Below, in pieces: positions 46,523-58,929 of a DNA stretch of 64,000 nucleotides; position 1 is the first letter of the stretch; every line of letters starts with the position of its first letter. The notes under the pieces were generated by a model. The model worked only from the letters and a program-made list of their open reading frames with translations, searched no databases and had not been told where the DNA came from. Position numbers and translations under genes: made by a program. The stretch is from Schizochytrium sp. TIO01 (Eukaryota; Protista; Bigyra: Labyrinthulomycetes): positions 4,194,862-4,258,861 of the forward strand of contig SMSO01000025.1 of assembly GCA_004764695.1 (NCBI GenBank), written 5' to 3'.

Positions 46523-48776
46523 GGTGTCGAGGCTCTCGCCTCTTTAAGACCTTGCTATTGCTGCTTCTGATTATATTCCTAGTCGTGTTACTGCTAATGT
46601 TTTAACTTGTATCAAGAGAGACCCAACACTGATTTGTAAAGTCTCAGTTCCACAGGCAAATAGTATACAGCAATTCCACAAGCTTTCACTACTACTATAA
46701 GCACGTTATGAGTGCCGTTTCTAACTAGATCTCTGGATGGAGCGCAATACTACCAAGGTGCCGCCTGCGGCCCTAGATAGTGGAAAGACATATCGCAAAC
46801 CTTTTCAAAGAGGACCGTTTCACTAGACTCTTTTCATTTCATCCTCTGTGATCACTTCCGATGTTTCCAGATACATTTGACATCTCACCAGAGAAATTTC
46901 AAGCTGGGAAGTAAGTCTTCATCTTTATTTGAGTTGGATGTAATGTGTTAGGATCTCTAGGTAGGCTTATTTTCTACAGAGACCACTGTGTGTCCAATCA
47001 CTTATTTCCCTTAACGGTCAAATTTTTAATTTTGCTCAAAGCAAATGATATTAGAAAGAGGGATTTGTGCGGACAGAAATGGGCTACGGCATAATTGCTT
47101 AGCCAAGACAATGCAAGTGGGACGCTGGTAAAGGTCTCTCCATACAAGAGAATCAGCATATCAAACAGTGGATGGTCTTCTTTGCGATGATGTTGAGGGC
47201 AAAGTATCGGAATCCCCGGACTCGGTAGGAGTGTATTCTAGAACTCTAAACTATCTTCGTTTTAATAAAGTTTTTTTTTTTAAATGGATACAAAGAGAAA
47301 ATAAGTTCGTCTTTTCTATTTATGTCATTTTCTTCAGGCAGCTTGGTGTTCGCAGACCCGAGCGGGAGAACGCGATCTATCGATGTCTGGTATAACACAT
47401 TATCTTTGATCGTCACACCTGAATTTATTTGACGTACTACTCAGCTATGTTGCATCAGCTGCGGACTTGTCAATGTGATAGAGAACAGAAGTACGAAACG
47501 AGTCGTAAAAGGTAAAAATCGGGGTTTCACGATATAAGAACGTCTTAACAAAATCTATACATCACGGGAAAACGTTCTCTCCTCGTCAAGATGATCCATT
47601 TTGCAAGAACGCATCGAAGAGGGTTCGCAGATCTAGGGAAGTCGAAACGGCGAATACAGGGTTAACCATTTTTGCTAAGTTTGATAATTATAGATTTCTT
47701 CTCAGCTCCATCGATCGGTGGTCACTTTTTCTATTTTAAAAAATCATTTAAATAGTTCTGAAAGAGACTTACCAATGTGTGTACCGCGATATCACGACCT
47801 GGACGCGTGTTAGTTTGCTTTTACGTGAAAATCAAGCATCTTAGCATACATGTTCTCTCGTCTTCCCAAGCGCTATCAAACTGCTCTTCCCTCCTCCAGT
47901 GTCATTAGTCAAGGTAATAGAGAATGTCACCAAACTCTTCAAGATCTTCTCCACTTCCATTCGCTTTGTCTTGCTAAAATGAGCATCTGAGTTCAATATC
48001 TTCATTAGATTAATACAAGAGAATAGCCAGGTAGTAACTACGTATCACTCAGACTAGTAGTCAAATTTTGAAATAACCTCAGAACGTTTGCAGATGGCAT
48101 TCGATCTGCCAGGGGAAAATTAATTTGGCAAGTCCAGACGAAGATCTTGACATGGAGACCCGCAACTAGAAAATTACTCTTGCATAGACCTGAGGTCATA
48201 CGAAGACGGCAAGAGAATGAACTGCAGACGAGTTAACAGGTGAGCTGTGCCCTTCTTCTCTCCGGTCAATTCGGAGTTGAGCTAGAATAGGAAATACGAG
48301 ACGTACCTGAAGGGTAAGATTGATTTTCTTGAAAGGAAACGCAACAGAGAATTAAGTCCTGTTAAGCGTAAAGAAATGTATCAATGCTGGTAGAATGATG
48401 AAAACTACAAGAAGAGTAAACTTGAAAAAGAAACTAGACATCGACCGGACGACGACTTCTCAGGGGCAATGAGAACAAATTTACATAGGGCAGTTTAGAC
48501 TCCTAGAGGGCATGATACTGCTCCTTCACCATGATGATTTCACAAGAGAGCAATACTTTGGCATATTCATGAAGACGAAAAATTCAGGGAAAGAGGGAGG
48601 AAGGTAAAATCTATATGAGAAAAGATATGAAAGATTATTATTCTTTCCTGTCATTTTGGGGGAAGCACTGGTTTGATTTATCAGTCTAGACATATTCAGA
48701 TTAGAAAAATATGATAAGGTTTAACATATGCCCTTGTATTGCTATAATCGCTGCTATGCATGAACTTTGCAATAAG

Positions 48777-51700
48777 TTACTTTTCAGGAGGAGGGCGTGT
48801 CGAGCTCCGCTGACGCTTTGCAGCATGACTTGTTGGCGGGGGCTGAAGATTCCTCAAAGACTCCATGGGTTGGTTTCTTGAGGAAGGTGATCTTTTTGCT
48901 GGGACCCCCGCACCCTTTGCAGGTTCGTCTTCAGGAACGCACCCAAGACCTGCTTGAGCTCTCTTTAAACGCTCTAGCTGCTCCTTGAGAGCACGAACCT
49001 GAGCAGTCTCAGTGTTTTTGGAAGAGTTATTAGTTACCTGCTTGGCACGCGTTGCCCATCGCAAAGACTCCTTTGTTTCAGTAAGATTGTAATCGGCAGG
49101 ACTAATGTTGACAAACATGAGTGTTTTCGCATTGCCTCCAATAGAGTCGCTCATGAGTTGAGTCAATGGATGGTTTCGATAAGGAATGTGTTTTGCCTTA
49201 GTTGTGAGGGCTTGAATGACGTCACCTAGAGCTAACAGAGACTTGTTGATTGCTTGTGCTTCCTTTAAAGTATCTCCTGTTGCCCCGGTTTTTGATGCCC
49301 GCTCGCTTCCTGCAAGATCAACAAGTGTAAGCTTGCCATTTGTCGTTACACCGCTTGTAATAGCAGTGCTCTTGATAAGAAGACTGCAGACAAGATGTGA
49401 TCTACTGGACTGCGAATTCATTTGTGTTGCTGTGATCTTCCGTTTTTGAAATGCACGATGAAGACCGCGTAAGGTCTCCTCAGCAGAAGTGACAGTAAGC
49501 TTGGTAATGTTTTCTACGTCAACAATGCCTTGGGGGTCGAGGTGTACACTCAATGGGGGCGGCTTAGGGGGTTCGATTGATGTGCGAAGAGTTTCATCAT
49601 CAAATTCGTGTAGCAAGTCCACCATATCTTCTTTATAAAGTTCAATGATGTACATAGAGACTTCAAATCTGAAACGCGCACTATCACGTTCCATGAGCCG
49701 AAACAACTCATAAATAGAACGGGTCGCTACACCCGAACCCTCGTCAAGGTCTAAATACGCCTCAGCTCCTCCATGCTTTCCTTCTTGAGAATTCTGCTTC
49801 TCCTCAGTCTCTGTGGCATTTTGTGCAGCTCCCATCAGTGTGTATGTCTTTCCAGATCCTGTTTGACCGTACGCAAAGACACACACGTTATAACCATCGA
49901 TGGCAACTTGAATAAGCCGCTTGACATCCTTAAAGACATCTAACTGGTTTTTATCTGGTCCAAAGCATGCATCGAACGCAAACTCAAGGTCCTCCTTTTT
50001 ACGGCGAAGCGGAGAGTTTTTATCTTCTGGATGCTGCAAGCGCACATGCATATCATCAAGCACCTTGATGATCGGCTGGCACTTCGCTCTTTTTCAGAAC
50101 CACTCATTGGACGTACTCGACAAAATACACGGATCCGACCTTTCAGGTCCTCGATCTCATTAAAGTATTGCTTACGAAGAGCCTGTTCTTCTACAAATTC
50201 ATTGTAGAGCTGACCACGTTCATGTTCAAGACGTGCCATATGCTCCTCCATTTGCCGCATTTTCGCTTGAAGCTCTTCCTCACGCCGAGCAAGTTCTGCT
50301 GCACGAGCTGCTTCTTCTGCTGTTTGATCTGCTTCATGTGCGTGCTGCACTCGAAGGCTTTCCATATCCTGTTTAACTTTGTCCAACTCAAATTGGTGGC
50401 GAGCTTTCTCATCGGCCTCTGCACGCAACTCTTGCTGAAGCTGCTTCACTTCATCATCAAGTTGTTGCTTACGAAGTTTCCTTTCCTCGTGTAGCTTCTC
50501 ATTGGTATCAGCAAGTTGGTTGATGGCCTCCTGGCGCCAATCCTGCTCCTGCCGAAGTCGTTTAATCAGCTGTTCCTTTTCTTTTTCCAATTTATCAGCA
50601 TTCTTTTGACGAAGGCTTTCCAGTTCTGCATCACGCTCCTCGCGAGCTCGACGCTCTTCCTCTAACCGCATACGTAGCTCTTGCATTTCATGTTCAACGG
50701 CTGCTTTAGCTTCTGTTGAAGCCTTTGATTCTGCTGCCGCACGTTCTGCTTCTTCTCGCAACTGCGTTTCCTGTTCATGTGCTACTTGGCGAGCTTCCTC
50801 AATAGCCTTTTCACGAGCCTCACGTTCTTGGCGCTCTGCTTCAAGTTGCATCTGCAAGCGCTTGCGTTCATCACTGAGCACTGCACGGTCTTGTTCAGTT
50901 TTGGAGATTTGTTTACGCCATCTCTCCTCCTCTGCGCGGTGCTCTGTCTGTAATGCCTCATATTTAGCGCTAATTGAACCAAGCTGAAGATTGGCTTGGA
51001 CTCGCTTTTTTCGTTCTTCGTCCAAAGAACGTTTGTACTTTTCAAGCTCTTCAGCAGCTTCTGTGCTCTTGTAGTTCGCCATCATAAGTTCACGGTTAAG
51101 GCGAGCAATGTCAGATTCATAGTTTGCAAGATCAGATGCCAGTTGCTTTTCACGCTTTGCCAAAGCTGCAACTTGCTCTTCTGCGCGGCGAGCTTGAGCT
51201 TCTGTTTGATTGAGGTTTGCTGCATGATGGGTTCGAAGCTGGTCCATGGTCGATTGTACCTGGGCAAGTTCTGCAGCTGCTCGTTCTCGCTGCTTTTGCT
51301 CGTTTTCCAAATGCTTGGTCAGCATGCTTAGTTCTTGATTAGCACTGCTGAGTCGCTGAGACATACCGTCAAGTGCCTTTTTAGCCTTGGCACGGTATCT
51401 CCGTTCTTCCTCCAGCTGCTGTTGTAGCAGTTCTAATTGCTTTAGCGCATCTTCTCTGGCCTGCTGGGCATTTTCGAGTTGAGCTTTAAGGCTGCTGGAC
51501 TCCCTCTCACTATCTGCAAGGCGTTTCATCGCTGCAGATTCTTGCTCTTTAAGCATCTGAGCATCTTGCTGACGCTCTTCAGAGAGCTCATGAAGTTCTT
51601 TACGGATCCGATCCAATTCTGCTTTGGCAGCACTTCGTTCTTGTTGCTCTGCAGAGAGGGCTGTCTCCAACGTGGATACCTTATCTGCTGCATCAGCGAG

Positions 51701-54211
51701 TAACGCATGCTGCTGTTCTCGCAAACGCTCAGCTTCCTCGAGTTGTTTGTGCTCAGCAGCAAGCTTACCCTCAATAGCACTTTTCTCCTCTGCAAGCGCA
51801 GCGTTCTTCTCTCGCATAAGGCGGTTTTGCTCTTCGAGCTGAGCTGCTCGAGCCAGCGCTTGAGCTCGGAGTTCTTCTTCACGAATCAAAAGCTCAGAAA
51901 TACGCTTGACTGTTGCTTCACTCAGGGATTTCGAAGCAGATGCGCGGGAGAGTTCTTGTGTTAAAAGGCTCATTTGTAGTGAATTTTGCTTCAGACGTGC
52001 AGAGATGTTAGGTTTAATTTTCATAAGTTTGTCTAAGCGCGCCTGTTCCTCAGGTCTTAATTTGCCACGACGCTTCAGCTCCTCAATATCCCCATCAGCG
52101 CTAGCAAGCTGTAAAGTGAGGTTTTCGCGCTGCTCTTGTCCATCTGCGAGCTTTTCGGCCATAGAATTCACCATATCCTCTGTATACATAACGACATTCT
52201 CTGCTTGTCGCTTAGCTCGTTCTTCAGCAAGCTCACTGAGAAGCTGCTCCATCCGCTCCTGAGTCATTGCCTTGTCTTGTGCAGCACCAGCTAACTCCTT
52301 TTGAAGTTCCTCTAGGCTCTTGTCCTTCATATCAATCATACGACGCAAGGATTCCTGCGCGGCTTCGCCCTTCTCGATCAAGCAGAGCTTCGCACGGGCC
52401 TGGGTCACTGCAAATTGTGTAGCCTGCATCTTGCGCTTACGCATCATGCCTTGTAGACCGCATCTCCATGCTAGATTGGTAAACATATCTAACAGTGCCT
52501 TATCCGAGAGCTTGCCGTTCTGACCATTTGCATCGGGGTCCTCGCCAAAAGAGACTTCGCCAGTGATTCTGTTATAAAAGTACACTCGTTTACTTGCAGC
52601 ATCCACACGCCGCTCCCATGACTGATCTGCATTTAAAACGTCATCATCCGCACCTCGTGAGGGTGCATGATGCGTTTCGCTACCACTCACATCTTGCTCT
52701 TTTGCTGCACTGTAAAGCATATTAAAAACTTCCAGGTTGGAAGGATCGCAATAGTCAACTGGGATATACCCCTGTCGATCTTTGTGTAATGGTGAAGCTC
52801 CATGAATAAGAAGTTTTGCTACAATTCTCGAGTCTCCAGTAGCAGCTGCATAGTGTAATGGCGTGCAACCTGCTCGATCCGTAGCAAAACAGACGGATGC
52901 TCCTCCGTAAGCCAATAGGACCTCTGCAACATCATATGAGGCATGATTAGAGTGAACTGCCACATGTAAAGGCGTAAGACCAATTGCATTGCGTGCACCA
53001 AGAAGTTGTGGGGTTAAATCAAGTGATTTTCGTATTCTCTTGGCGGATTCTAAAAGGATTTTGGCTACAGCTGCGTTCTGTACGCGACAAGCTGCAAGCA
53101 AGAGTGTATCTCCTTGGTCGTTGCACCGAGTTAAGGTGTCAATTAACTGTGTATGAGAACAGCTCGCCAAGGTTTCTCGTGTAGCATCAACGAGTGTGTC
53201 TTCGTCCATATTATCAAAGCAGCTCAAAGCCATATCAAAAAGAACCCGTTGAAGCTCAAGCATTTCTGTTGAATCAGGATCCCCAGTATTATCTGTGAGA
53301 CCAGTCTCTGAGCGTTGCCACGTGCTAGTACTAGAGGCATCATCATACTGTGTTGCTTCGTCGTCCCATGCAGAAGACGCAGGAGGAGCTGCATCTCCGT
53401 CGCCGACACCTTCGAAGTCAAAAACATTCCGATCTGGCACAGAGTAAACCGATTTCGGGGTATTTTCAAAACTAAAGCTTCCATTACGATAACTTGACCG
53501 GGTGGAAAGCGGCGCCCCGCCACTTATTCCGTGTCCTAGTGCAGGTGCGGATGCACTAGGTGCCATCACAGAGCTCGAATCGTCATTCTCAGGTCCAAGT
53601 AATTTATCTTCCACCGACTGGAAAAGTCTTGCACCTTTCTCTGACATATTTTCACGATGAATGACAGCAATGTTTTGAATGCGATACCTAAGTTTCTTTG
53701 TGCTAAAGTGCTTGTCTCCACCACGTTTTTGGTTGAGATCAAACAAAGACCATAGTGTGTCCCGTGCCCAATCGGCCTCAATTTGATTACCCTGCTCGAT
53801 GCGAAATCCGTGGTACAGCATGAGCAAGAACGCATAATGTCCAGGATATTGTTCTGTGCTTACGTAATTAAAGCAGTCGAGCAAATAGTCTTCAGCTCGA
53901 CGACGAAAATCAGCTTCATCGCAGCACAAGCACACGCCTGCGACAAGACTGAGAACAGATGCGTACTCCTCTGTGTCGCGACCAGCATGTTCACCAATGG
54001 CAAGAATTTCATCGACGACTCTTACTAGTATCCTCAAATCCCCGGTCGCAGCCATCTCATGAAGCTTCTCCTCAAGTAATTCGACGCTCTCTTCGCACGT
54101 GGCTTTAGCTAGATGCCGAACATCATGTCCTTGTTCAACCTCTCGCCGAATTTCTGCATATGATACATCGATTCGCTCGACAATGCTACCAACTGATGCT
54201 GAAGCTCCCAT
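48777..54211 (-). CDS. Kinesin-14 (KCBP-type C-terminal motor) with N-terminal ankyrin repeats, WW domain and long coiled coil; interrupted by a 1-nt frameshift near 50090 (~1811 aa if repaired)
   Basis: ORF 49940-54211 ends with neck/motor start LRKQYFNEIEDLKGRIRVFCRVRP. ORF 48777-50063 holds the rest of the motor: AYGQTGSGKT, NSQSSRSH, LVDLAGSER, HIPYRN, GGNAKTLMFVNISP. Ankyrins GLTPLHVAV, GCTPLHYAA. WW-like WERRVDAASKRVYFYNRITGEVSF. Confidence 0.92.
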
Positions 54212-55464
54212 TTGATTGAGCCGAGCGGTATTCCCACCACTGGGACTACCGCACGCCTACGTCAAACTATTCTTCACGTCACTTTGCAGAGAAAACTCGA
54301 GAGCTGTCCTCAATTCGTTCTTATGCCGTTATTCTTCTCTATTGATTGTTCTTGCTATTGTTATTCTCGAGATACCACTTGGGGCATGGGGTACGTGCAA
54401 CTCGTTGAGCAGGCACCCTTACGTGAGCTGATTGTTTTTGATGTGCGCTTCCTTACGGACGAAGCCAAACCTCGGTGATGACAAATCTACTCAACCCAGC
54501 TTTTGCTTCGTGACAATTATGCACTGCTCGCAGTGTTACCATAAGTGCCTCGTTTTGGTTCACCGACCTGTTGCATCCTTAAGAACTCGTATATATTGTA
54601 AAGAAGTAAAAAAAACCAAAAAAAAACAAAAACAGAAAGCTGCAGTACAATGGGCATCAGAGTGTGTAACAGGCAAAAGGACCTCAGTACTATTCCTAGG
54701 CATCTGGCATATCGTGTCTTACTGAGTATAGATTGTCAAATAGAGAAGCATGATTTTTCTCCAAACATTCCGTAAGTTGAGGAGGGTCAAGTAATTCAAC
54801 GAGGAAGGACGTCAATTTTACAGAAAACAATTATAAATTAACTCCTAGGCCTAGGTTTTGTTTGTTTATTTGTTTGCATTTAGCCATCTAAAAGGAGGTC
54901 CTGTTAAGGTATGTATGCTAGCGCTGGCAGGTGCATAGCGCTCCGACTCCTCCAGAGGTATCTTCATTTTTCACATTCTCTGAATTTGCTTCGAATTTCT
55001 TGTTTCCCTCGCACACGTAGCTGCTTAGAGTATTCTATTATGATTTCCGAGGCCTTTCGGACCCATCTTCCGCAAGTAGCTATTTCATAGAACCTCAGCT
55101 CTACTACCACGTAATTCAACTCAATAAACTTTACCGTGGCTCTATTTCACAGCGTTACAATTTCCCACGACTGCTGCATTTCCACTGCCTCTTATTGGTT
55201 ATGATTTCCTATCACACTCCAAGTCCAATCTTACCCATCGCAAAAGAAACCTTCTCTTCTCACTCTGGTAACGCAATAACATATCTGCTAAAGACCTAGC
55301 AGCACAGATTCACCAAACCAACACCATCATTCATTTAAGAATTCCATTTCGTCCAAATCTTCATTTTTATGTATAACGTCTTGTCCACCGTTTTTTCATT
55401 CCCATCAACATTTGACCGGTACGCCCGGCCGCCTCGCCACGCACAACCCCCCCGGGATATCAAA

Positions 55465-55555
55465 GGACCTATTTCCAATTGGACCATTTCCCGTTTAGAC
55501 CTATTTATGGCAATATTAAGTCATTTAATAAACCTATTAGTGAATAGACCTCTTT
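55465..55555. repeat. Degenerate ~16-bp-period array of a GACCTATTT core
   Basis: GGACCTATTT 55465, GGACCATTT 55481, AGACCTATTT 55497, AAACCTATTA 55530, AGACCTCTTT 55546. Confidence 0.6.
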
Positions 55556-56220
55556 TGCGGTCGCTATCCACCGCGTGACCAAACGCGGTTGGGCTGCGCG
55601 AGGCGGCAACGACCACGCTCGCGAGGATATCTAGACAGGCTCGGGCGAACGTGCCACGAGGCCCGTCTCTTAATTTTCGTGGCGAAAGGACCCAGGCGAG
55701 GGACTGTCACGGTTTAGGCTGCTGACTTCGCGGCGATCGTGGGCGAAACCGGCGGGTGGTTGGACTGTGACGCTCCCGACTGCCTGCAAAGCCTCTTTAT
55801 TGAGCATCTTCTCGAGTACTCGTGTTTTTTGATCTGCATAGGATCACTGTGGGTCGCTCGACCATCTTAAAGCAACACTCTCTGGAAGCTTGGACAGTTA
55901 ATCATCAGGTCTGAGCATTCCAGATATTATTCCACGGGTCGTCGCCAAAATCTATTTGTAAGCGATATCTCTGTTGGTGTCCGAATAGGTCTAAACTTTC
56001 TATAGCGTGTGCCGTATTTACTTTCGAATTTCTTTGCAACCAGTCTCGAGTTTTAACGTTTAGTTTTTTTTTCTGCAAACCTTTCTAAGCTAGTCAAGCT
56101 TGAGATTAAAGGTTGAGACGAAGTAAAACCGTCGGAAGTTATATTGTTACCAAGCATCATTCACACGAAGCTACAATTGAAATAGCCTAGCAACCCACAC
56201 AGAAACACACGCACTTAACT

Positions 56221-58929
56221 ATGCCTGCGCAGCACCCTTCTGAGAGATGGCGCTCCATGGCCGAGAGGACTGACGAGCTCGTCTCCGAGATCCCTGTTGG
56301 CACCGAAGGTATCCCAAACCTTCAGCGTGGCCTCGGTCAGCTCGAAAATGCTGTCGCCAGTCTTCGCCGTAACGTCATGGACGATGACTTTGGTGGTCGC
56401 GGTGAGGCCAATATGTTCACCAAATCTGACGAAGGCATGGGAATGGGTGAGGATGGTGACCGTGCTGGCAAGAAGGATTTCCTTGTGAGTCGGGGCCAGC
56501 GTCTACTCGGTCAGTACAACTTTGACGCCGAGAAGCTCGAGCGTGGCCTGCACCAGATTGTTCCTCGCGCCAATGCCCAGGGTCCCGAGGAGGAGGTCTA
56601 CGACCACCACATCCAGGTCTTTGCCTCGAGTATTCATGAGGCGCTCGTGACCACCATGAGCACCTCTGAGCACAAGAACCTCTGTCTCATGGAGGACGAG
56701 TGGGAGGAAGAAAAGTCTAGAATCATGGAAGACCTTCGCCGACCTTCAGGCCCTGCCAGGTCTGGAACAACTACCATTGCCTCCAGACCCGAGTTTAAAG
56801 ATGTCGTTGGTAGCACCGCCTTCTCGAACTCGTCATCCTCAGCATTGTCATCGTCGCAGAATCTTGCAGCTCCAGAGTACGCTTACTCGGGATCAGACCG
56901 CGATATGGTGTACCAATACCTGACACAGCTTCGGTCTACGTCAAAAGAAAGTGGAGCGCTTGCTGCTCAGTTTGGAAAGCTCGCGAGGGAGCCATGGAGC
57001 CAGTCTACGTGGAGCCTCGTGAGCAGTATTCTGGAGCATTCGTCTGCGAACAACCAAGAAGGTTGGCTCAAGGGATCCCTCGTTTTTCTTGAGAAGCAGT
57101 ACTACAAGCACAAAGTACTTGCGAGCGACAGAAGCGCAAGCAGCCTGTCAGGATCTGCCAAGGACCACATCGTTCGATGGCTTGATTCTGTAAGGAAGCA
57201 ACCTCTGCTTGGTTCTGGCGGGCTGGCTACAGCTCTAAATCAGTACTCAGTGGGCTCTGGCAGTGCATCGGGGGCTAGCAGTAACAGCGTTAGTGGGTTG
57301 TTCGATAGTATTGGAAATGGCAGTAATGGCAATAACTTCGGAGCTGGCATGGAGTACCAGTACGGAGGCCTGCCATTCTGGGCCGTCGTTTACTACTGCC
57401 TTCGTGTGGGCAGTTGGGAGGACGCAGCCGCAGTGGCCTCCGAAGCAATGTCCAAACTTGATGATCTTGAGAATGCCATGTGCGAAGGACTTCTTGCGCT
57501 TTCGAAGAACAGCGATACCGTGGGCGAGAAACTGAAGAAGCTTGCGAAAATGATGGACGGAGATGAAGACAGCAACAATGGCGGAGCGTCGCGCAGCGGA
57601 GCAATGGTGCCGTTCGGAGGGATGTCGCGCGCGCAAAGTAGCCTCGAGACTAACCGCTGGGGCGACGCTGCAAGGCTGCAACAAAGCTCGTCCTGGAAAC
57701 GGGCCGTGCTGTACATTCTTCTAGCGGGAAAACCGAATGATCGGCTGTTGGAACGTGTGGTGAATGCCACAGTACAAGATTTTATGTGGCTTAAACTGAG
57801 TGTACTTCGCGTGCTTCAAGCGTCTAAGAATATTACCGGACAGGAAAGAGCTTTGGCAAACTTGCAAAGCACGCTTCAACGCAATGGACCGGCTCATTTC
57901 GCAGGAGGCAACGACCACCAGCTCTACGCTCGCCTCATGATGATGGCTCAGAAACCTCTCCTCGCCATTGAGTATCTCGAGAACCTGGCACCGCCTAATT
58001 CTGGATTGAATGGATCATCCTTTGGAGATGCTGTGCACATCGCTCTTGCACTGCAGCAAGAGGGTCTTCTTGCTGGCCCGCCGCTACCTAACGAACAGTC
58101 TGTGGACTCAAGCATCGAGGCCGAAGCAGACAAAAAGCTTGGTGAACTTGTGTTGCAGTACACTAAACCGCGCTTCGCACGAGACGAGCCCGGTTCTGCA
58201 ATGCTGTATTTTGCGCGCGCATTTCGACCCAGATCTGCTGCGAGCAGAGCTGTCATTGAGGAAGGCATCGCCCATATCTTTTATATGCACGCCGACAGAC
58301 TTGATGATATTCGCAAGCTTAGCAGCCCCGAATTGGAGCCGGTCATTCGCCCAGCACTTGTGCGCGCTGGGCGCATGGCAGAGAACCAAGGCAAACTTGC
58401 GGAGGCTGTCAGGCTTTACATGGAAAGCGGACAGGCTCAGGAACATGCACTAACAATCTTTAATCGTCAATTGGTGCAGGCCATTCGACCTCCGCATGTG
58501 AACCGCGAGGAGCTTCTTATGCAAGCTGAACGTCTGCAGCGGGATCGCATTGACCAATCTCTTGCTTCTGACCATTCGCGTGCGATCAAAACATTTAATT
58601 TGTTGGTGGGATTTTTGCGGTTTACGCATGATATTGAGATCCACCGTTGGGATTCTGCTCTCCAGCGTGTCAGTGGCGTGCTCCCATCAGACCCTGCTGA
58701 GGTGGAGCGCTGCAAGCGCGAGTATTTTGCATTGGACGAGCTCGTTTTAGATGTCTTTTCGCAAATTTTCTCCTCGGCACTCCAGGCGCTTCAGCGCCTC
58801 AGTGAAACTCAGCCGGGCCGCTCCATGCAGGTCAGAAAACAGTTTCAGGCCTATCAGAGCTTCTCTAATGCAATTCCGGAATCAACACCACAAATTGCGA
58901 GCCTCATTGCCACATTTCAACTTCATTAA
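56221..58929 (+). CDS. NUP93: Nucleoporin Nup93/Nic96
   Basis: Nic96-family motifs: IPNLQRGLGQLE, EWEEEKSRIM, FLEKQY, PFWAVVYYCLRVG, TVQDFMWLKL, DAVHIALAL. 902 aa. Confidence 0.92.
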   Translation: MPAQHPSERWRSMAERTDELVSEIPVGTEGIPNLQRGLGQLENAVASLRRNVMDDDFGGRGEANMFTKSDEGMGMGEDGDRAGKKDFLVSRGQRLLGQYNFDAEKLERGLHQIVPRANAQGPEEEVYDHHIQVFASSIHEALVTTMSTSEHKNLCLMEDEWEEEKSRIMEDLRRPSGPARSGTTTIASRPEFKDVVGSTAFSNSSSSALSSSQNLAAPEYAYSGSDRDMVYQYLTQLRSTSKESGALAAQFGKLAREPWSQSTWSLVSSILEHSSANNQEGWLKGSLVFLEKQYYKHKVLASDRSASSLSGSAKDHIVRWLDSVRKQPLLGSGGLATALNQYSVGSGSASGASSNSVSGLFDSIGNGSNGNNFGAGMEYQYGGLPFWAVVYYCLRVGSWEDAAAVASEAMSKLDDLENAMCEGLLALSKNSDTVGEKLKKLAKMMDGDEDSNNGGASRSGAMVPFGGMSRAQSSLETNRWGDAARLQQSSSWKRAVLYILLAGKPNDRLLERVVNATVQDFMWLKLSVLRVLQASKNITGQERALANLQSTLQRNGPAHFAGGNDHQLYARLMMMAQKPLLAIEYLENLAPPNSGLNGSSFGDAVHIALALQQEGLLAGPPLPNEQSVDSSIEAEADKKLGELVLQYTKPRFARDEPGSAMLYFARAFRPRSAASRAVIEEGIAHIFYMHADRLDDIRKLSSPELEPVIRPALVRAGRMAENQGKLAEAVRLYMESGQAQEHALTIFNRQLVQAIRPPHVNREELLMQAERLQRDRIDQSLASDHSRAIKTFNLLVGFLRFTHDIEIHRWDSALQRVSGVLPSDPAEVERCKREYFALDELVLDVFSQIFSSALQALQRLSETQPGRSMQVRKQFQAYQSFSNAIPESTPQIASLIATFQLH

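Noticed and set aside
50076-50116. 41-nt GTACGT…CAG intron that would also restore the kinesin frame
   Set aside because: It would delete the conserved VRP…E segment of the motor's first strand/loop, whereas a 1-nt insertion keeps collinearity with KCBP.
3834-54500. Myb-like YAACNG words near the starts of the putative flagellar genes (~4026, ~32587, ~47012, ~54325)
   Set aside because: Degenerate hexamers expected by chance at this frequency; no positional consistency.
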